A stretch of 64,000 nt of DNA from Macrostomum lignano (lineage: Eukaryota), in the NCBI GenBank assembly GCA_002269645.1, contig NIVC01000020.1:1240001-1304000 (forward strand), read 5' to 3'. The notes beneath the pieces are model-generated. The model saw only the letters and a list, made by a program, of their open reading frames with translations. It was not told where the DNA came from and did not search any database. Position 1 is the stretch's first letter. Each line of letters opens with the position of its first letter. Made by a program: the position numbers and the translations under genes. Positions 32,198 through 45,459 of the stretch are shown one piece after another.

Positions 32198-34239
32198 CGA
32201 AGGCTCGGGGTTGCCGGCTGGCCGCCCGCGCCGCTGCGTTGGCGATTGCGAATTGAAAACCGGCAGAGTAGAAAGCGAACTTCCGACCTCGCCCTGCAGC
32301 AGCGTCTGTGATGGGCAAATTGGGGGTCAAATCCGCTGAAGCAGCCCTTGGTGCCGGTTTGGGGCAGGTAAAAGCAGCAATGGGGAGCTCGCGCCCTAAA
32401 ATCGCACTGCAATGCCGGCGGCTTTCCTGAGCAGAGCAGAGCTTTCTGCAGCCTGGCTGTACGGGCGGGGTTGCCTTTAAAAAAAGAGCTGACGCAGCCG
32501 CGTGTACGAGAGTGGGGGGGGGGGGGGGGGGCAATAAAGCCCCGGGGTGGCTGCCTCTGCCGCGCCTACGTAGCTATTTGCGCTGGCGTCTTTGCGCCCG
32601 AGCCGGGCGGGCCAAAGTGCGTCTCCGTGCGTGCGAGACCGGCCTTTTTCTTCTCTCCAGCGCCGTCTGCGCCTCTCCGCCTCTCCGCTGTGTCTCCCCA
32701 GCCGGTGAGACAATGCGAAGGCTGTTGGCTTGCTGTGCTAAAAATGAATTCGCTTTGAACGGCGCACGCTGGTGACTCACGCACGGCCAGTGTGACCTGA
32801 ACAGACCAAAGGTGTTTTGCACGTTGGCTAATTAGTATTCTATTGACCCATCTCACCTGCGGAAGCGAGACGGAGAAGGACAGCCGAAATTTCCAAAAAC
32901 GGCGATTCACAATGTACGCTTCGGAGCGGAGCCTCTCGCGAGCCGCGAGCTGCGCCAAGAGATCTCCCGCGCGGTTCCAGTGAAAATCTACGTGAGCTTC
33001 ACTTTGAGCAGCGCTTTGGAACAGGCGGCACGGGCGGCCTTCTCACCAGCCGCTGGGACGATGAGAGGCCATTTTTAGCAACTGGGCAAAACTGGGGAGG
33101 CTGTGCTCAGAAATCCTCATAGGGCCAAGAAAGGAGGCGAGAATAGCGCTGGGAAAGGCTTTGAGCAGCGGTGAGTCACCGCATTGTCCGTCGGGCCTCT
33201 CCGCCCGCCCGATTGCTGAGCAGGCCGTGTGAGCACAGCATGTGCGGCTGCCTCTGCACTGAGTCTCCCTGCCCCCAGACCCGCCTCTCCCTTCCCCGTG
33301 CCAGCGACAGCCGAGCGGTTCGCCCTCCGCCTTCCTCACCCGCCTGCCAACCTCTTCTTCCTCTGCGCACGCCCGCCAGCCTTTCCTTTCCTCGGCTCAG
33401 CGGAGAGCGGAGCGGGCAGCCCCGGCAACGGCGGGCAGGCCTGCAGTATAAGAGCGACCGCTTGCCAAACTTAGCAGCCGCTATCTGCGGTGCAGCTCAC
33501 AGCTTGTTATTGTATTTTACGATATCCTTTTCACCCGCTGTCGCGAATAAGTACGCGGCCAACCAGCCCGTGCTGCTCAAGATATTCCAAGTATTTTACG
33601 GATAGACTGGAGTTTCTCTGCAGGGGAGATTCATATAGCATTGTTGAGCTGGGTTAGCAAAGGCACTGAGCACCAGGGGCGGCATGAATCTTACAATTTC
33701 ACGGGCAGTGATTTATAAACTGGCTGAGTTACCGCCCGTAGATCAAAGCGAGTGCGGATCACAATTTCGAGTTTGCCGAGAAGCTTACAATGATAATAAT
33801 TTGTGAACGCGTATATTTTGTTGCGGTGTGCATGCGTCATGCTTACTACTAGCTATACTTGTAAAGAATAATTAAAAAGAATAATTAGTTTGTTAAGCCT
33901 AGCGCAATGCAGGTCTGTGGTAGTTTGAAGCCATACTGGCCGCAAATTAATCCCACATCAGCTCAGAATCACCAAGCATGTGCAGAGCAGTCAATAACTC
34001 TTTAAACTCGTCAAGGACGTCTCAAGTACGTAGAAGGACTGCAAAAAATGAGCAGATATTTTTTTATCTGTTTTGTGTCGTTTAAACTCTCTCCTGACAG
34101 TTGCTTTCTGCGTAGGGAAAGCCTTCAAAATGTTTTCTAAGAAATTGATGTGCCCCAGCCTGTTTTGTTCGTCCTGGGCACTCGTACGGCATGCATTTAC
34201 AGTCACTGATCATCAACAGTCAGGTGAATCCGGGCTCCA

Positions 34240-37200
34240 TCAAGTTGCTGGTGTCGCCAAAAAGTCTTCCTGAAAACGCAGCTGGTCCCTGGAATTCAAT
34301 ATGGGTGAGCAAACATGAGGGTGCTGGTCGGTGGCAAGCGGCAAGAGCCTGCGCATATCCGCCATCATATTTTCATTTCCTTGCGTTCAAATATTTATGA
34401 AATTGGTTTTTTAAGTCCAAGGCAAAATGCACTGATTTGCACATTCAGGACCCAGATCAGAAACAGTTCCGCCACACAGTCAGTCTGCTCACATTCAGGA
34501 CCCAGATCAGAAACAGTTCCACCACACAGTCAGTCTGCTCACATTCAGGACTCAGCTCAGAAACAGTTCCACCACACAGTCAGTCTGCTCACATTCAGGA
34601 CTCAGCTCAGAAACACCATACAGTCAGTCTGCTCACATTCAGGACTCAGCTCAGAAACAGTTCCACCACACAGTCAGTCTGCTCACATTCAGGACTCAGC
34701 TCAGAAACAGTTCCACCACACAGTCAGCCTGCTCACATTCAGGACTCAGCTCAGAAACACCATACAGTCAGTCTGCTCACATTCAGGACTCAGCTCAGAA
34801 ACACCATACAGTCAGTCTGCTCACATTCAGGACTCAGCTCAGAAACACCATACAGTCAGTCTGCTCACATTCAGGACTCAGCTCAGAAACAGTTCCACCA
34901 CACAGTCAGTCTGCTCACATTCAGGACTCAGCTCAGAAACAGTTCCGCCCTACAGTCAGTCTGCTCACATTCAGGACTCAGCTCAGAAACAGTTCCGCCC
35001 TACAGTCAGTCTGCTCAAATTCAGGACTCAGCTCAGAAACAGTTCCACCATACAGTCAGTCTGCTCACATTCACGAATCCGATCTGTTTACAGCGGCGAC
35101 TCACAGATTTTCCATTCCCGCCGCTTCCAGGATGCCGTGAATGTCGATAGCAAGGACCAGAGCTTCCAGTGAGGCTTGTCGACACTGATCCATCATAGTC
35201 GGCTGGTGAGATAGGTATTTGGGTTGAATTAGGAGAAACACATCCATGAAAGTCAGAGATATGAGTAAACGTTGGAATTTTGACACAGAGAAAATCCGAT
35301 TGAAAATTTCACCTCATTCAGAATGAAGTCAACAACGATATGGTTGAGCTCGCAGCTGGTGATCATGTCCTTGTTGGCGTGAATGGCTCTGACAAGGATG
35401 TCGGTGTCGCTGCAGAAATTGAGCAGTAAGAGGAGCTCCTGCGGATCCGCCTCCCCGGCCACGGCGTCCTCAAACAGCTCGGCCGCCGTTGGCGTCTCCC
35501 CCGGAAACAGCTCCAGCCTGAGGCCCTTCAGCAGGGCATCAAAGTTGCAGTAGAACAGAGACTTGTAGCTGCCGGAGCCGCACGGGAAAGCTCGCCGGAT
35601 GGACGGCGGGAGAAACCGAAACTTCGGCCACTCCGCGGCTTCAAAGCAGAACTTCCAGGCGAAATCGCAGCGGCTGACCTGCTGCCACACGAACTCCTTG
35701 GCTTCGGCTGCTGACTTCACGCGCTTGAGCCATCGGACGTGTCGGACAGGTCTGCCTTCAGCCAGCTGTGCTGCCGTCAGCGGCTCGCCCGCTTTCAGCC
35801 GAGCCAAGGCGGTCAGACCGGCTCTGGCAGTTCCAGCCCAGTCGGTCCGCAGCCGGCAGATGTCCAGCATCAGCTGCTCCATCGTATCGCCCGCAGCGAA
35901 TGGATCCTCGGGCTCCGCACCCAAGCGATGAAGAAGATTCTGGACTAGGTCGTAGATCGCATGGTATTCAGGACTCGGTCCTTCCAAGTCGGCGGTTGTG
36001 CGTCGGGACAGGGGAACCAGCAGGAAGGGGTGAAAAATGACTGCGCCTACAAAGTTTCAACTGTGGATAAGTAAAACCGTGCGATTATATTTAACCCATA
36101 CATTGAGAGATTTACCTGTCTCACTCGGAGTGAGCTTCTGGCAATACTTTGCCAAGTGAATGGGCAGTTCGTCGAGGACGTCACTGACAGCGCGAGCAAT
36201 ATCCCGCCTGTTGTGACGCCCTTTGCGCAGGTAAACAGCGGCGTCGCGCAAGAAGAAATGCGTCATGCAGGTAGTCGGGCCGCTCCTGCTGTCTTCCAGA
36301 TACCGAATCAGCATCCTTAGCGACTTCTGCACCAACTGAACCAGACAGGCCGGCTGCCAGTCCTGTACGGGCGTCTCGTCGAGCATGTAGAACAGCAGGT
36401 TTTTCGCGTGGTAGGTTTTCAGACCGCTGACTCGTTTTGAGATGACGCGCTTGATCAGGTATTTGAGCAGGATGAACAGCTGACCCTGCACGCTGGTGAG
36501 GCTTTGCATGAGCGCCCGCTCCAGCATGTTTGTGCTCACCCGCATCCTGTCGCCCTCCAAGCCAGGCGGCGAAGCTGCCACCGAGTGACATTGAGTCGCA
36601 TCCCGGATGGCTCTGAGCTGCTTCATCACGCTGGTGCTGATATTCGTGCGGTAGTTCGGCTCAAGCAGCTGTATTGGCGGGTAGTTGCAGCAGGGCAGCG
36701 CGTTCACGTTGTCGAACGCAGGTCGCAGCATGGAACCACGGTGGGGTCTTGTCGGGCAGCTCACTGGCATTTTAAGAAACAATTTTCAAAACATTTTGGC
36801 GTATAAATTCTGTGATAATACTTTTTTTACGTCACCAAAGTCTCAAATTCTCTCACCGTCGCAGCTGTACTTGATGTGACCGTCCTCATAATCAACGGGC
36901 TGGCACCTGTTCTCGCAGTTTCTGCAGCTCGCCACTGAGCCGTCACCAATGTGAAGCTGCTTCGTGTTCGCTATGATGGTGACGTCAATGTCCGAGTCGG
37001 GGTCAGTCCGGCCGCAGAGTCGCGTCAGGCAGTTCCCCCAGCCATCGGCGAAGCTACCAACGACGGAGACGCCCGGGCCCAGTCTCCGAATGGCGATGTC
37101 CTCCATCACAGCGGCGGTGCCGGCCTGCAGCACCGAGTTCGCCGAGCAGAATCCGGCGTCAAGCATGGCCAGATGGACATCAGCGCTGGCTAGATCTGGC

Positions 37201-40200
37201 GGTTGGAGACTGCAGGTTGGTGGACAGCGGCTTTTCTATTATTTCTAGCCAACCTGCATTTGCAAAATGAAATAAATTCAAGAGAACTCAAGAAGCTCAC
37301 AACTTAGCGACCGACATCAGTATTGAGAAATCTGGAAAGAACGGCACCAAAGCCGCGCCGCAATGCCCGAAAAGACGCGCACTGTAGTGATAGCGCTTCG
37401 CAAAGTGCAGCACAAAGTCGATGTGGCCTCGGTAGAAGCAGAATTCCAGGCAGCGCACGAGCTCCCTCAGCTCGATGACGGACAGCTGTAGCGTTCGGCT
37501 GCTGCGATCGGAGCTCTGCACCTTCTGCCGGGCCCTGAAAAACGCCTCAACGACGTTCGCGTGTCCATTCTGAGCGGCCAATCCGACCAATAGGGAGCCC
37601 TCATCGGACAGAAGACAGTCGTCGGCCCCAGCCTGTAGAAGGCTTTTAACGACGTCAGTGTGCCCCGAAACTGCTGCATCATAGAGTGGCGTGTGCCCGT
37701 TGGGCTGAACAAAGTCTACATCTGCCGATTGCGCAATGAGCAGCTGGACTATGTCAGCGTGCCCAAACAGTGCGGCAACAGAAATTGGAGTCGTGCCGCT
37801 GGCCTCGTCGGGCAGATCAACCTGTTTGGTGTTGATGTTGCTGAGAGGCCTCAGAAATTTCTTTTGGGGTAACAAAATACGTGAGTTTCATACCGCGGCC
37901 CCGGCACGGATGAGACTGAGCACAATAGCGGTGTGTCCGTTCTGAACCGCCGCCCACAGCGGCGAGCCGGGACTGCCCGGGTGCTCACAATCCACGTCGG
38001 CGAACGCGGCCAGAAGTTGGGTGACCAGCTTGTCGTGTCCGTTGTTCGATGCGATCCAAAGGGGTGTTGCACCGTCGCTCCACCTGAAAATGTTAGAATT
38101 CCTGACTGGATTTGAGAGACTGCTCAAGGTTTTAGGCCATCGTATATACGAGTATATCATTCAGGTTACTGTAAGTTTTTTTCATGCTAATTGTAGAAAA
38201 ACCCAGTACGTACCTGTGAACATTAACCATGGCTGCAGCATTGATCAGCTTCAGAGCAATATCTGCGTGCCCATTCTGGGCTGCCGCGTGCATCGGCGTG
38301 GCACCCGTACGCGTTCGGTGATTGGAGTCGGCCGAGGCTTGAATCAGAGCACCCGCAATATCTGCGTGGCCGCACTCGGACGCTATGCTCAGTGCAGACG
38401 AGCCGCTTTTCTTAGACAACTCAACATTTATCTCAGCGGTAGCCAGAAGCTTCTCAATGATCGCTCGATGGCCCATCTGAGAGGCGATCCACATGGGAGC
38501 GATGCCGTCGCTGCGTTGAAGATTCACGTCCGCACCGGCTTTAATCAGAGAATCGACGATATCCGACTGGCCGCTCTCAGCAGCCTTCCACAGCACCGTG
38601 CAGCCACTTCGGTCTTGCGCATCCCCTTCAGCAGAGGCTTGAAGCAGCTTTTCTACAGCTCTGATTTGCCCTTTGCCAGCGGCGATTCGCAGAGGCGACA
38701 TGCCAGCCTTGTTCTCGTAATCAGAAGCAGCTCCCGCTTGAAGCAGAAGCTCAACAACCTGGTCATAGCCACGCTGGCAAGCCGTCCATATTGGAGTGTA
38801 TCCGTGCTTCTCTTCGTGGTCAACATTTGCCGAGGCTTGTATGAGAGATTTTGCCACAGAGTAGTGTCCGTACTCAGCTGCGATGTACAATGGAGAAGCG
38901 CCGTGGCTCGTGGGAATGTCAACGTCTCTTGTTACCTTCAGCAGCTGGTCCACAGCGGCAGAGTGGCCGTACTGTGCGGCAACGTACAGTGGCGTCGAAT
39001 CAGACATTCCGCGGATGTCTGGCTCCGCGACGCCAACCTCAATCAGTTTGGCAATCAGATTAGCGAAGCCTTTCTGAGCAGCAATCCAAAGCGGAGACGT
39101 GCCAGAATGTCTCTTCAAGTCCGGATTGGAACCAGCCGCAAGCAGCTGGTCAACCATGGCAGCAGCACCCGCGCTTGTAGCAACGTACAGCGGAGACTTG
39201 CCTTCTACTGGTTCAACAATGTTAACATCTGCCGATGCTTTAATTAAAAGCCGAGTCGCTTGAACGCTTCCGACTTCAACAGATGTGTACAGAGGTGTCT
39301 GCCCGGCACTTGTTGCCATGTCCACATTGGCGCAAGCTTGAACCAGCTTATTGACTGTCGCAATGTCCTTCCTTTTTACTGCCCAGTGCAGAGGTGATTT
39401 CCCATCCAGCGTTGAGGGCGCATCCAGCCAGGCGCCCGCTGCAATCAGCTGGTCAATCGTCTTCGATCCCGGAAGCCGAATTGAAACTTCGAGCGGCGTG
39501 ACGCCGTGCACCGTTCTCGTGTCAAGCTCGGCACCAGCTCGGATCAAGAGATTCGCTATTTCGACGCGATTGTTTTGCACTGCCATGTACACCGGGGTGA
39601 CGCCATTGTGACCGGCGGTGTTGACATCCGCACCTGCGTGCATTAGTTGGCGGACGACGCAAACTTTGTCGTACTCCGAGGCGATGAGCAGGGCGGTGAT
39701 GCCATCCTGCTTGCGGCGCGTGTTGACATCGCCTCCTGCGCTAATCAGCATGCTGGTGATTTCAGAAGAACCATGACGGGCAGCGAAATGCAGCGCACAG
39801 CCGCCTTGAACTTTATCGCGAATATTCACGTCGGGGCAGCCGAAATGAATGAGCCTGCTCACAATTTCCGGGCTGTCTCCTATGACAGCAACATGCAGCG
39901 GTGACCAGCCGTCGCGTCTGATATGATCCAGCTTTGCCAAACCATTTTTAATCAGCAGAGCGGCACAGTCTAAATGCTTGAATTGAATTGCCGCATGCAG
40001 TGGTGTGGAGCCTCTGGCTGTTGCCAAGGTTACGTCAGCCGATGCAGCAATCAGTGCGGCCAGTGTTTCCAATTTCCCAGCTTGAGCGGCTATGAAAGCT
40101 GCGGTGGCTCCATCTGGCTGCACCTGTATGTCAACGTCAGCGCAGGCGCGGATGAGCAACCGAACAGTCTCGGCTGCCCCACCCTCAGCCGCGTGGTGCA

Positions 40201-40348
40201 GAGCTGCCCATCCGGCAGAGTCGGTCTCATTGGAATCGGCACCGAGGCGGAGAGACTGCGCCATCTTCTGCAAGTCGCCATCGATAGTCGCTTCCAGCAA
40301 CTCGCCAGGCAAAGGAAATTCTACGCTGCCAGCTGCGCCTTCCGCCAT
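34240..40348 (-). CDS. Ankyrin-repeat / Mab-21 (cGAS-like, cGLR) nucleotidyltransferase fusion, 8 predicted exons: 40348-38214, 38083-37894, 37821-37301, 37209-36857, 36763-36116, 36046-35313, 35202-35105, 34348-34240 (~1595 aa)
   Basis: About 25 ankyrin repeats (e.g. GATPLWIASNNGH, GHTPLYDAAVSGH). Then NTase motif VVGSFADGW...DSDIDVT, a later AFDNVNALPC, and a Mab-21 C-lobe RVSTNMLERALM...LLKYL...LKTYHAKNLLFYML...W...HFFL. All seven GT-AG introns are phase-compatible (2,0,2,1,1,0,2). The last exon is the least certain; an alternative stop lies at 35101. Confidence 0.85.
34438..35071. repeat. 50/44-bp minisatellite in the last predicted intron of the ANK-Mab21 gene
   Basis: CAGTCAGTCTGCTCACATTCAGGACTCAGCTCAGAAACAGTTCCACCACA plus a shorter ...AAACACCATA variant. 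Confidence 0.95.
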
Positions 40349-42583
40349 TTTCAATAGACGCCTGTTTTCCTTCGTCAGTTGGATTTGCCGCTTGCTCCAC
40401 ACTTTATGAGCGCCAACGAGCAGTAAGTGCAAGCTTACCTGGCATTGTCATAAGCTCGTATAACATTTTAGGCCTTGACATAAATACGCACTGGGTCGGT
40501 CGCATACTGCAGCGTACAGCAAGCTGTACCAAATTTGCGTACATCATTTTTCATAGGCCAGTGTACACTCAAGCGGGAAGACTTAGCTCTATCTACGCAT
40601 TTGCTAGTGCGCATAGATCTCACTGAACCTGTTTTAACAAGGTACTATAAAAACTATAAAAAGCAAATTTTCTCGAAGCAAATATTTTTCTATATTTTTT
40701 ATGGCCGCTTAAATTGATATTTCTTAATTTATTGGGGAAGAAAAAATCAGAAATTAGAACAACGGTTAAACCTTTCTAGGAGCAGGGTTGAAAAAACCTG
40801 ACGAACAGAGATTTAGGGAGGATGCACAGTATCGTACGCTCGTATATATAGAGTGTACTCAGAGGACAAGCAGCAGTTTTTCAATGTCTGCGACTAATTT
40901 CTCTGTTTGGTTTGCTATAATTATACAGTTTACTCTGAGTGCGCAAAATTTAATTTATTCTTATAAACATTTACCGACCGGATGCCGCCCGGTACATGTA
41001 ATGGTATATCATGATAGGCTGTCCTGCAGAGTCTCAGTTTGAAAGTTATTCGATTTCAAGACGTAAATCAGCAAAATAGGCCAGGGGCTTCTCAGAATAA
41101 GAATTAGCACCGGCAACAGTACATGCATGACAGCTGAGAGGCCGTGGGTACAGCTAGGCGATATGAGAATGAAAATTGTCGTTGAGCATAGTAGGCGCTG
41201 AACTTTTTTTCGTTAAACAATACTTTTCTTCGACGTCCGTCTGTGCTGTAGATCGCAGTATCCACAGCTATGGATTTGAGGTGGCCTTGAAGTTTCTCAG
41301 CTGGTCCTTTGGCTCGGCGCTCACCTCTAGCTCTTTTTTATGTCAGGCCGCGCGTTTCATTATCTAAAAGCCGGTTTGAGAAGTCAGGTTAACATCAGGT
41401 TATTGATGCAGTCCACTCGGGCCCGATGTCAGTCCGACGTTCCCAGCTCTCACTATGACTACTGATGCAGCTAGTGTTCGTTCTCTGTTGGGAGGCCGTT
41501 GCTTCGCCCCTGTTTCTTTGCCAACCGCGGGTTCTCGTGGTGTTCCTCTCCGGCTCCGGGCTGAGTACTAAAGCCAATATTGCATAAACACACGTTTGCA
41601 TACATTTATTATCGCTTCGTTCACCAGTGATTGGATGGCTCGATTATGCGTGTGAACGAGTCTTAAGCCGTTAAAAATCTAAACAAACTTATGCATGCTA
41701 ATAGAAGCAGTAAGCGGCTAAAATAAATTTATGGACTTTCGAGTCCTGAGAAAATGACTTTTGGTTCGAAGAATAGGATTTCCTTTTGAATGAAGGTTCA
41801 CTCTTGTGCGTCAGCGTGCATTGGCGTGTGTACTATTGTACTAATGCCTTCTCAGCCTAACTAGCACGAGCCAAGTTATCCGTGCATGAGTCATAGCTTG
41901 ATTAGGATACAAATGACTAATGAGTCACGACAAATCGGCTTTGTTTTCTTTGTTTCTTACTACAGTCTACAATGTCAGCGTTTCATTTTTCTTAACAGCC
42001 AAATATTGGCGATTTATTGGCAATTCTGAGTCAAGGTTAAAAAGGGAAAGAAAGTGTTTTTTATTTAGAAATCCCTTTTGACTTTTAGTCTAATTGGAAT
42101 TGGAATTGTATCATTATCTATATAAATAAGCCCAAAAACTCATTTCTCGGCTGACTATGTACTAGCTAGGCTAGGCATGGCATAGGTTAAACTTACTGCA
42201 TAGTAATTTAATTACTAGGCTTCGGCAATATGCCTAGGGATTCGTTATTCATTTAGTTCATTAGGCTTACATTTAATATTTAATAATATGGGTGCCTAGA
42301 CTAGAGCTAGACAGTGTAGTGTAGACTTACTATTTGTATTTATATATTATATGCCTATTGCCTATTTTATTTAAAGACAACACTACCAATATTGGAATAG
42401 ACTTGATTTTTATATGATTAGATAATTAGATAGGCCCTATAACTTTCAATGGTAATAATACTAGGGCCTAACACTTATAGTAATAGCTAGGCTAGTATAG
42501 CTATCTTAAGATTATTACTTAAGATAGTAATAGCTATCTTAAATCAGTTTATATTTTTAAATATTGTATAAAATAAATTTAAT

Positions 42584-42767
42584 CAGGGGTGGCAGAGCCT
42601 AATATTTGAGAGGGGACACTGGGCACAGGGCAAGGGGGGTACATGTACCTTTATAAGCTGCTAATTAGGACCTAAAATCAGAAAAAAACACTAAAAATTA
42701 CCACGTGGACTCATTTTCTGGGGGGGGGAGCACATGCCCCCAGTGCCACAAGCTCCCGCCGCCCATG
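42584..42767. mobile_element. Short hAT-like MITE (184 bp)
   Basis: Termini CAGGGGTGGC and (reverse complement) CATGGGCGGC match 8/10; flanks AATTTAAT and ATTATAAT resemble a decayed 8-bp TSD; GC-rich island within AT-rich DNA. Confidence 0.55.
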
Positions 42768-43207
42768 ATTATAATAGGCCCCTAGTGGTTAAAGTGTTAG
42801 ATTTACAGTTAGTAAGCTAAAAAGTCAGTTTGTTTCCAAATTTCATTTTTAAGTTTGTGTTTTTAATTATTTTTTTGTTTTTAAATTATTCAATTTTTGT
42901 TTGGACATGCACCTAGCATGATCTAGACTATGGCACCAAATAAGATATAATAACTAGTGCAATGTAAAATGGCTAGCTACAAAAAGGCCTATTAATATCT
43001 AGGCACAACAGTTAGTGTATACTCACATAAGTTTATAAAAAAATCAATTACCTATTTGTTGCTAGACATTGCTGCTACTATATCCCTAGTATTATCTAAA
43101 GGGCATGTTAAGCATGCTACATGACCATTAGTTTGCAATAAGATGGTAAATTGCCATCTAGTTAACAATGTCTCAAGATATTGCTATAATAGTAGCAAGC
43201 TCCTAAA

Positions 43208-43957
43208 GGCTCATTCTATATAAGCATGGTCGTAACATGACAGGCTATTTTTACTTATAAAATGAAATATAATAATAGAATATACTAAACCAATATTTTA
43301 AATGAAAGATAATTTTGTCAAAAATATTTTTATAGAGTTTCATGTAGATATCATCATTAGTATAGATGCTATTAAACCTTGAATGGCACTTATGGTCGTA
43401 ACAACAGGATTTTTGACATATAGAAACTAAAAGGTAAAAGTCTTATAACATTTTTATTTTTGATATTTTGCAATACATTTTTTAAAATTTGACAAAGAAC
43501 ATCTTTAGTAATCATACTCTTTTTGTAGAATATATAAACTCAAAAAGGCAACAAAGATACAAAAGAAAAGGCAGCCTTATGGTCGTAACATTATGGTTGT
43601 AACATATTTTTTTCTGTCAATTCAGTAACTTTGAGGTACCAATATATTAAAAATATAATAGATTATTTGGTCACCAATACTTTTATCTGATGATGCAAGT
43701 ACTATACTTTTATCTATAGTTTGTTTCAACCTTCCAAAGCTTTCTATTTGTTTTTAAAAGGTACACAAACTTAATGATGTCTTTTGCTTAGAAAAATGTC
43801 TAAATGTCTAAATGTCTATATCAGCCATTTATTCTTAGATTGTAGATATTACACATAAAAAACATTTGGTAAAAAAATTGGCTGATAAGGCAATGGCAAG
43901 GAAAAATATTGACTTTTTTCTATTTTCCAAAAATGTCCATCTTATATGGAATGAGCC
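43208..43957. mobile_element. Non-autonomous TIR DNA transposon (750 bp)
   Basis: TIR GGCTCATTC(T/C)ATATAAG(C)ATGG at both ends, flanked on both sides by TAAA; internal repeated ATGGTCGTAACA motif; no ORF. Confidence 0.7.
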
Positions 43958-44008
43958 TAAATATTAAAATGAAAGTTGCGTAACTCTAGGATAAGACACC
44001 TTTATCTA

Positions 44009-44124
44009 GGACTGGGTTTTTTGTGCAAATGGGTGCAAACAGCATCCTGGTCTTGAAAATCGTACCCTGAAATTTGACTCAGGGTATGAAAAGTGCACCC
44101 AAGTTATGGACAAAAACCCAGGCC
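44009..44124. mobile_element. Tiny MITE-like inverted-repeat element (~116 bp)
   Basis: GGACTGGGTTTTTTGT ... ACAAAAACCCAGGCC, flanked by TA on both sides. Confidence 0.5.
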
Positions 44125-44879
44125 TAGGAAGTATAATAAATATAGGTGCTGCTAGGTGACTAGCCATAAGTTATACTTATAATAATTTGACTCTGGTATG
44201 GTTAAAGAACTTAGCTAAATTGATTTGAAAGTGGTCTTTCGGTATAAAAGTTATATATTCTTATCATTCCTAATCTTCCTTTGAGTCTCTATATTGTTTT
44301 AGTCTACCTAGCTATACTCCTTAGTCCTTAGTATATTATACTAAAATTCCTTAGACTAAAAAGCTATATATAGCTTTTAGATATGCCATGCAATAGCTAA
44401 GCTATTAGTTGGGTTGCACATATGGCCTGAATAGGTTAAATATAATTGCTATAGCTATAGGCCAAGCTAATGTCACCCTATAGATAATTAATATGCCTCC
44501 TAGTGTTCCATGCACTTTAGTAGTCTAAAAGAAGAAAGCAATGCATGCAAATAAAATAAGAAAGATTAGAAAAAATGATCTTCTATAGCCAACCATTGGT
44601 TGGTTTGTTTAAGAGTTGTCAATAAGAACAAAAGACAACAATTAATAATTGATTATGAAATATTATTATAGTTATTATTAATATTAAAAAATGATTTTAT
44701 ATCATTTTTGATATTCAATGAATTGATAAAAATAGGAAAAACAACCTAAAAAGAATATCATTCCTTATAAGTTTATAAAAATATTTTAGAAAAAAATAGT
44801 TTTTACTAATTTTATTTTTAGTTTAAACTTAGCAAGATATAAACTGCTAATCCTGCTAATCCAAATAATATAATTTTGC

Positions 44880-45459
44880 ATAGATTTATAGTGGCAACTC
44901 TCTTCTTCACTATCTTCTTTATAGAAGTCAACAAGTTAACAAAATTTCGAAATCATAGCTGACAAATGGGTAATTGGCTACAGTGAATACTGCAAAATGA
45001 TTGCAGTAAATGATTGCTAAGACCCACAAGCCTATAAATGTTGAGTTATGAATCTCAGCTTAATTGTGCCTTGTTTTTCAAAGGGTATAAATCATACTCC
45101 TGAGCAACACAAATGTATATTCATGAGTTTTAGTGTAGCCAAAAGGAGGGAACAAAAAGTAGTAAAGTTAAACCCAGTTTGAAATATTCTGTTGCTTTAA
45201 AATTTATATGCTTCTCTAAGTTTTTCCATAGATATCTCTGTCATAGTAGCCTAACCAAGAATTTCAAGTGCATTCAATCAAAAGGACTTTTGCTACTTTT
45301 TGCTAGCTTATTGACTTACTATAATACTATAAGTCTATAGTTGAGCTCTTGTTACATTTTAGTTTAAAATATTTATAACTTTTGTTTCCATTCTCCGTTT
45401 TTAATAATGTCAAAGAGTAATACAAGCTATAAAGAAGAGAGTTGCTGCTATAAATCTGT
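44880..45459. mobile_element. TIR-bounded element (~580 bp)
   Basis: Left AGATTTATAGTGGCAACTCTCTTC versus right reverse complement AGATTTATAGCAGCAACTCTCTTC (22/24). No clear TSD. Confidence 0.5.

Noticed and set aside
37861-37893. 33-nt intron using the AAAG acceptor at 37861
   Set aside because: The ACAG acceptor at 37822-37823 (72-nt intron) keeps the same phase and restores the ankyrin consensus AGAA-VDLPDEASGTTPI, so it is preferred.
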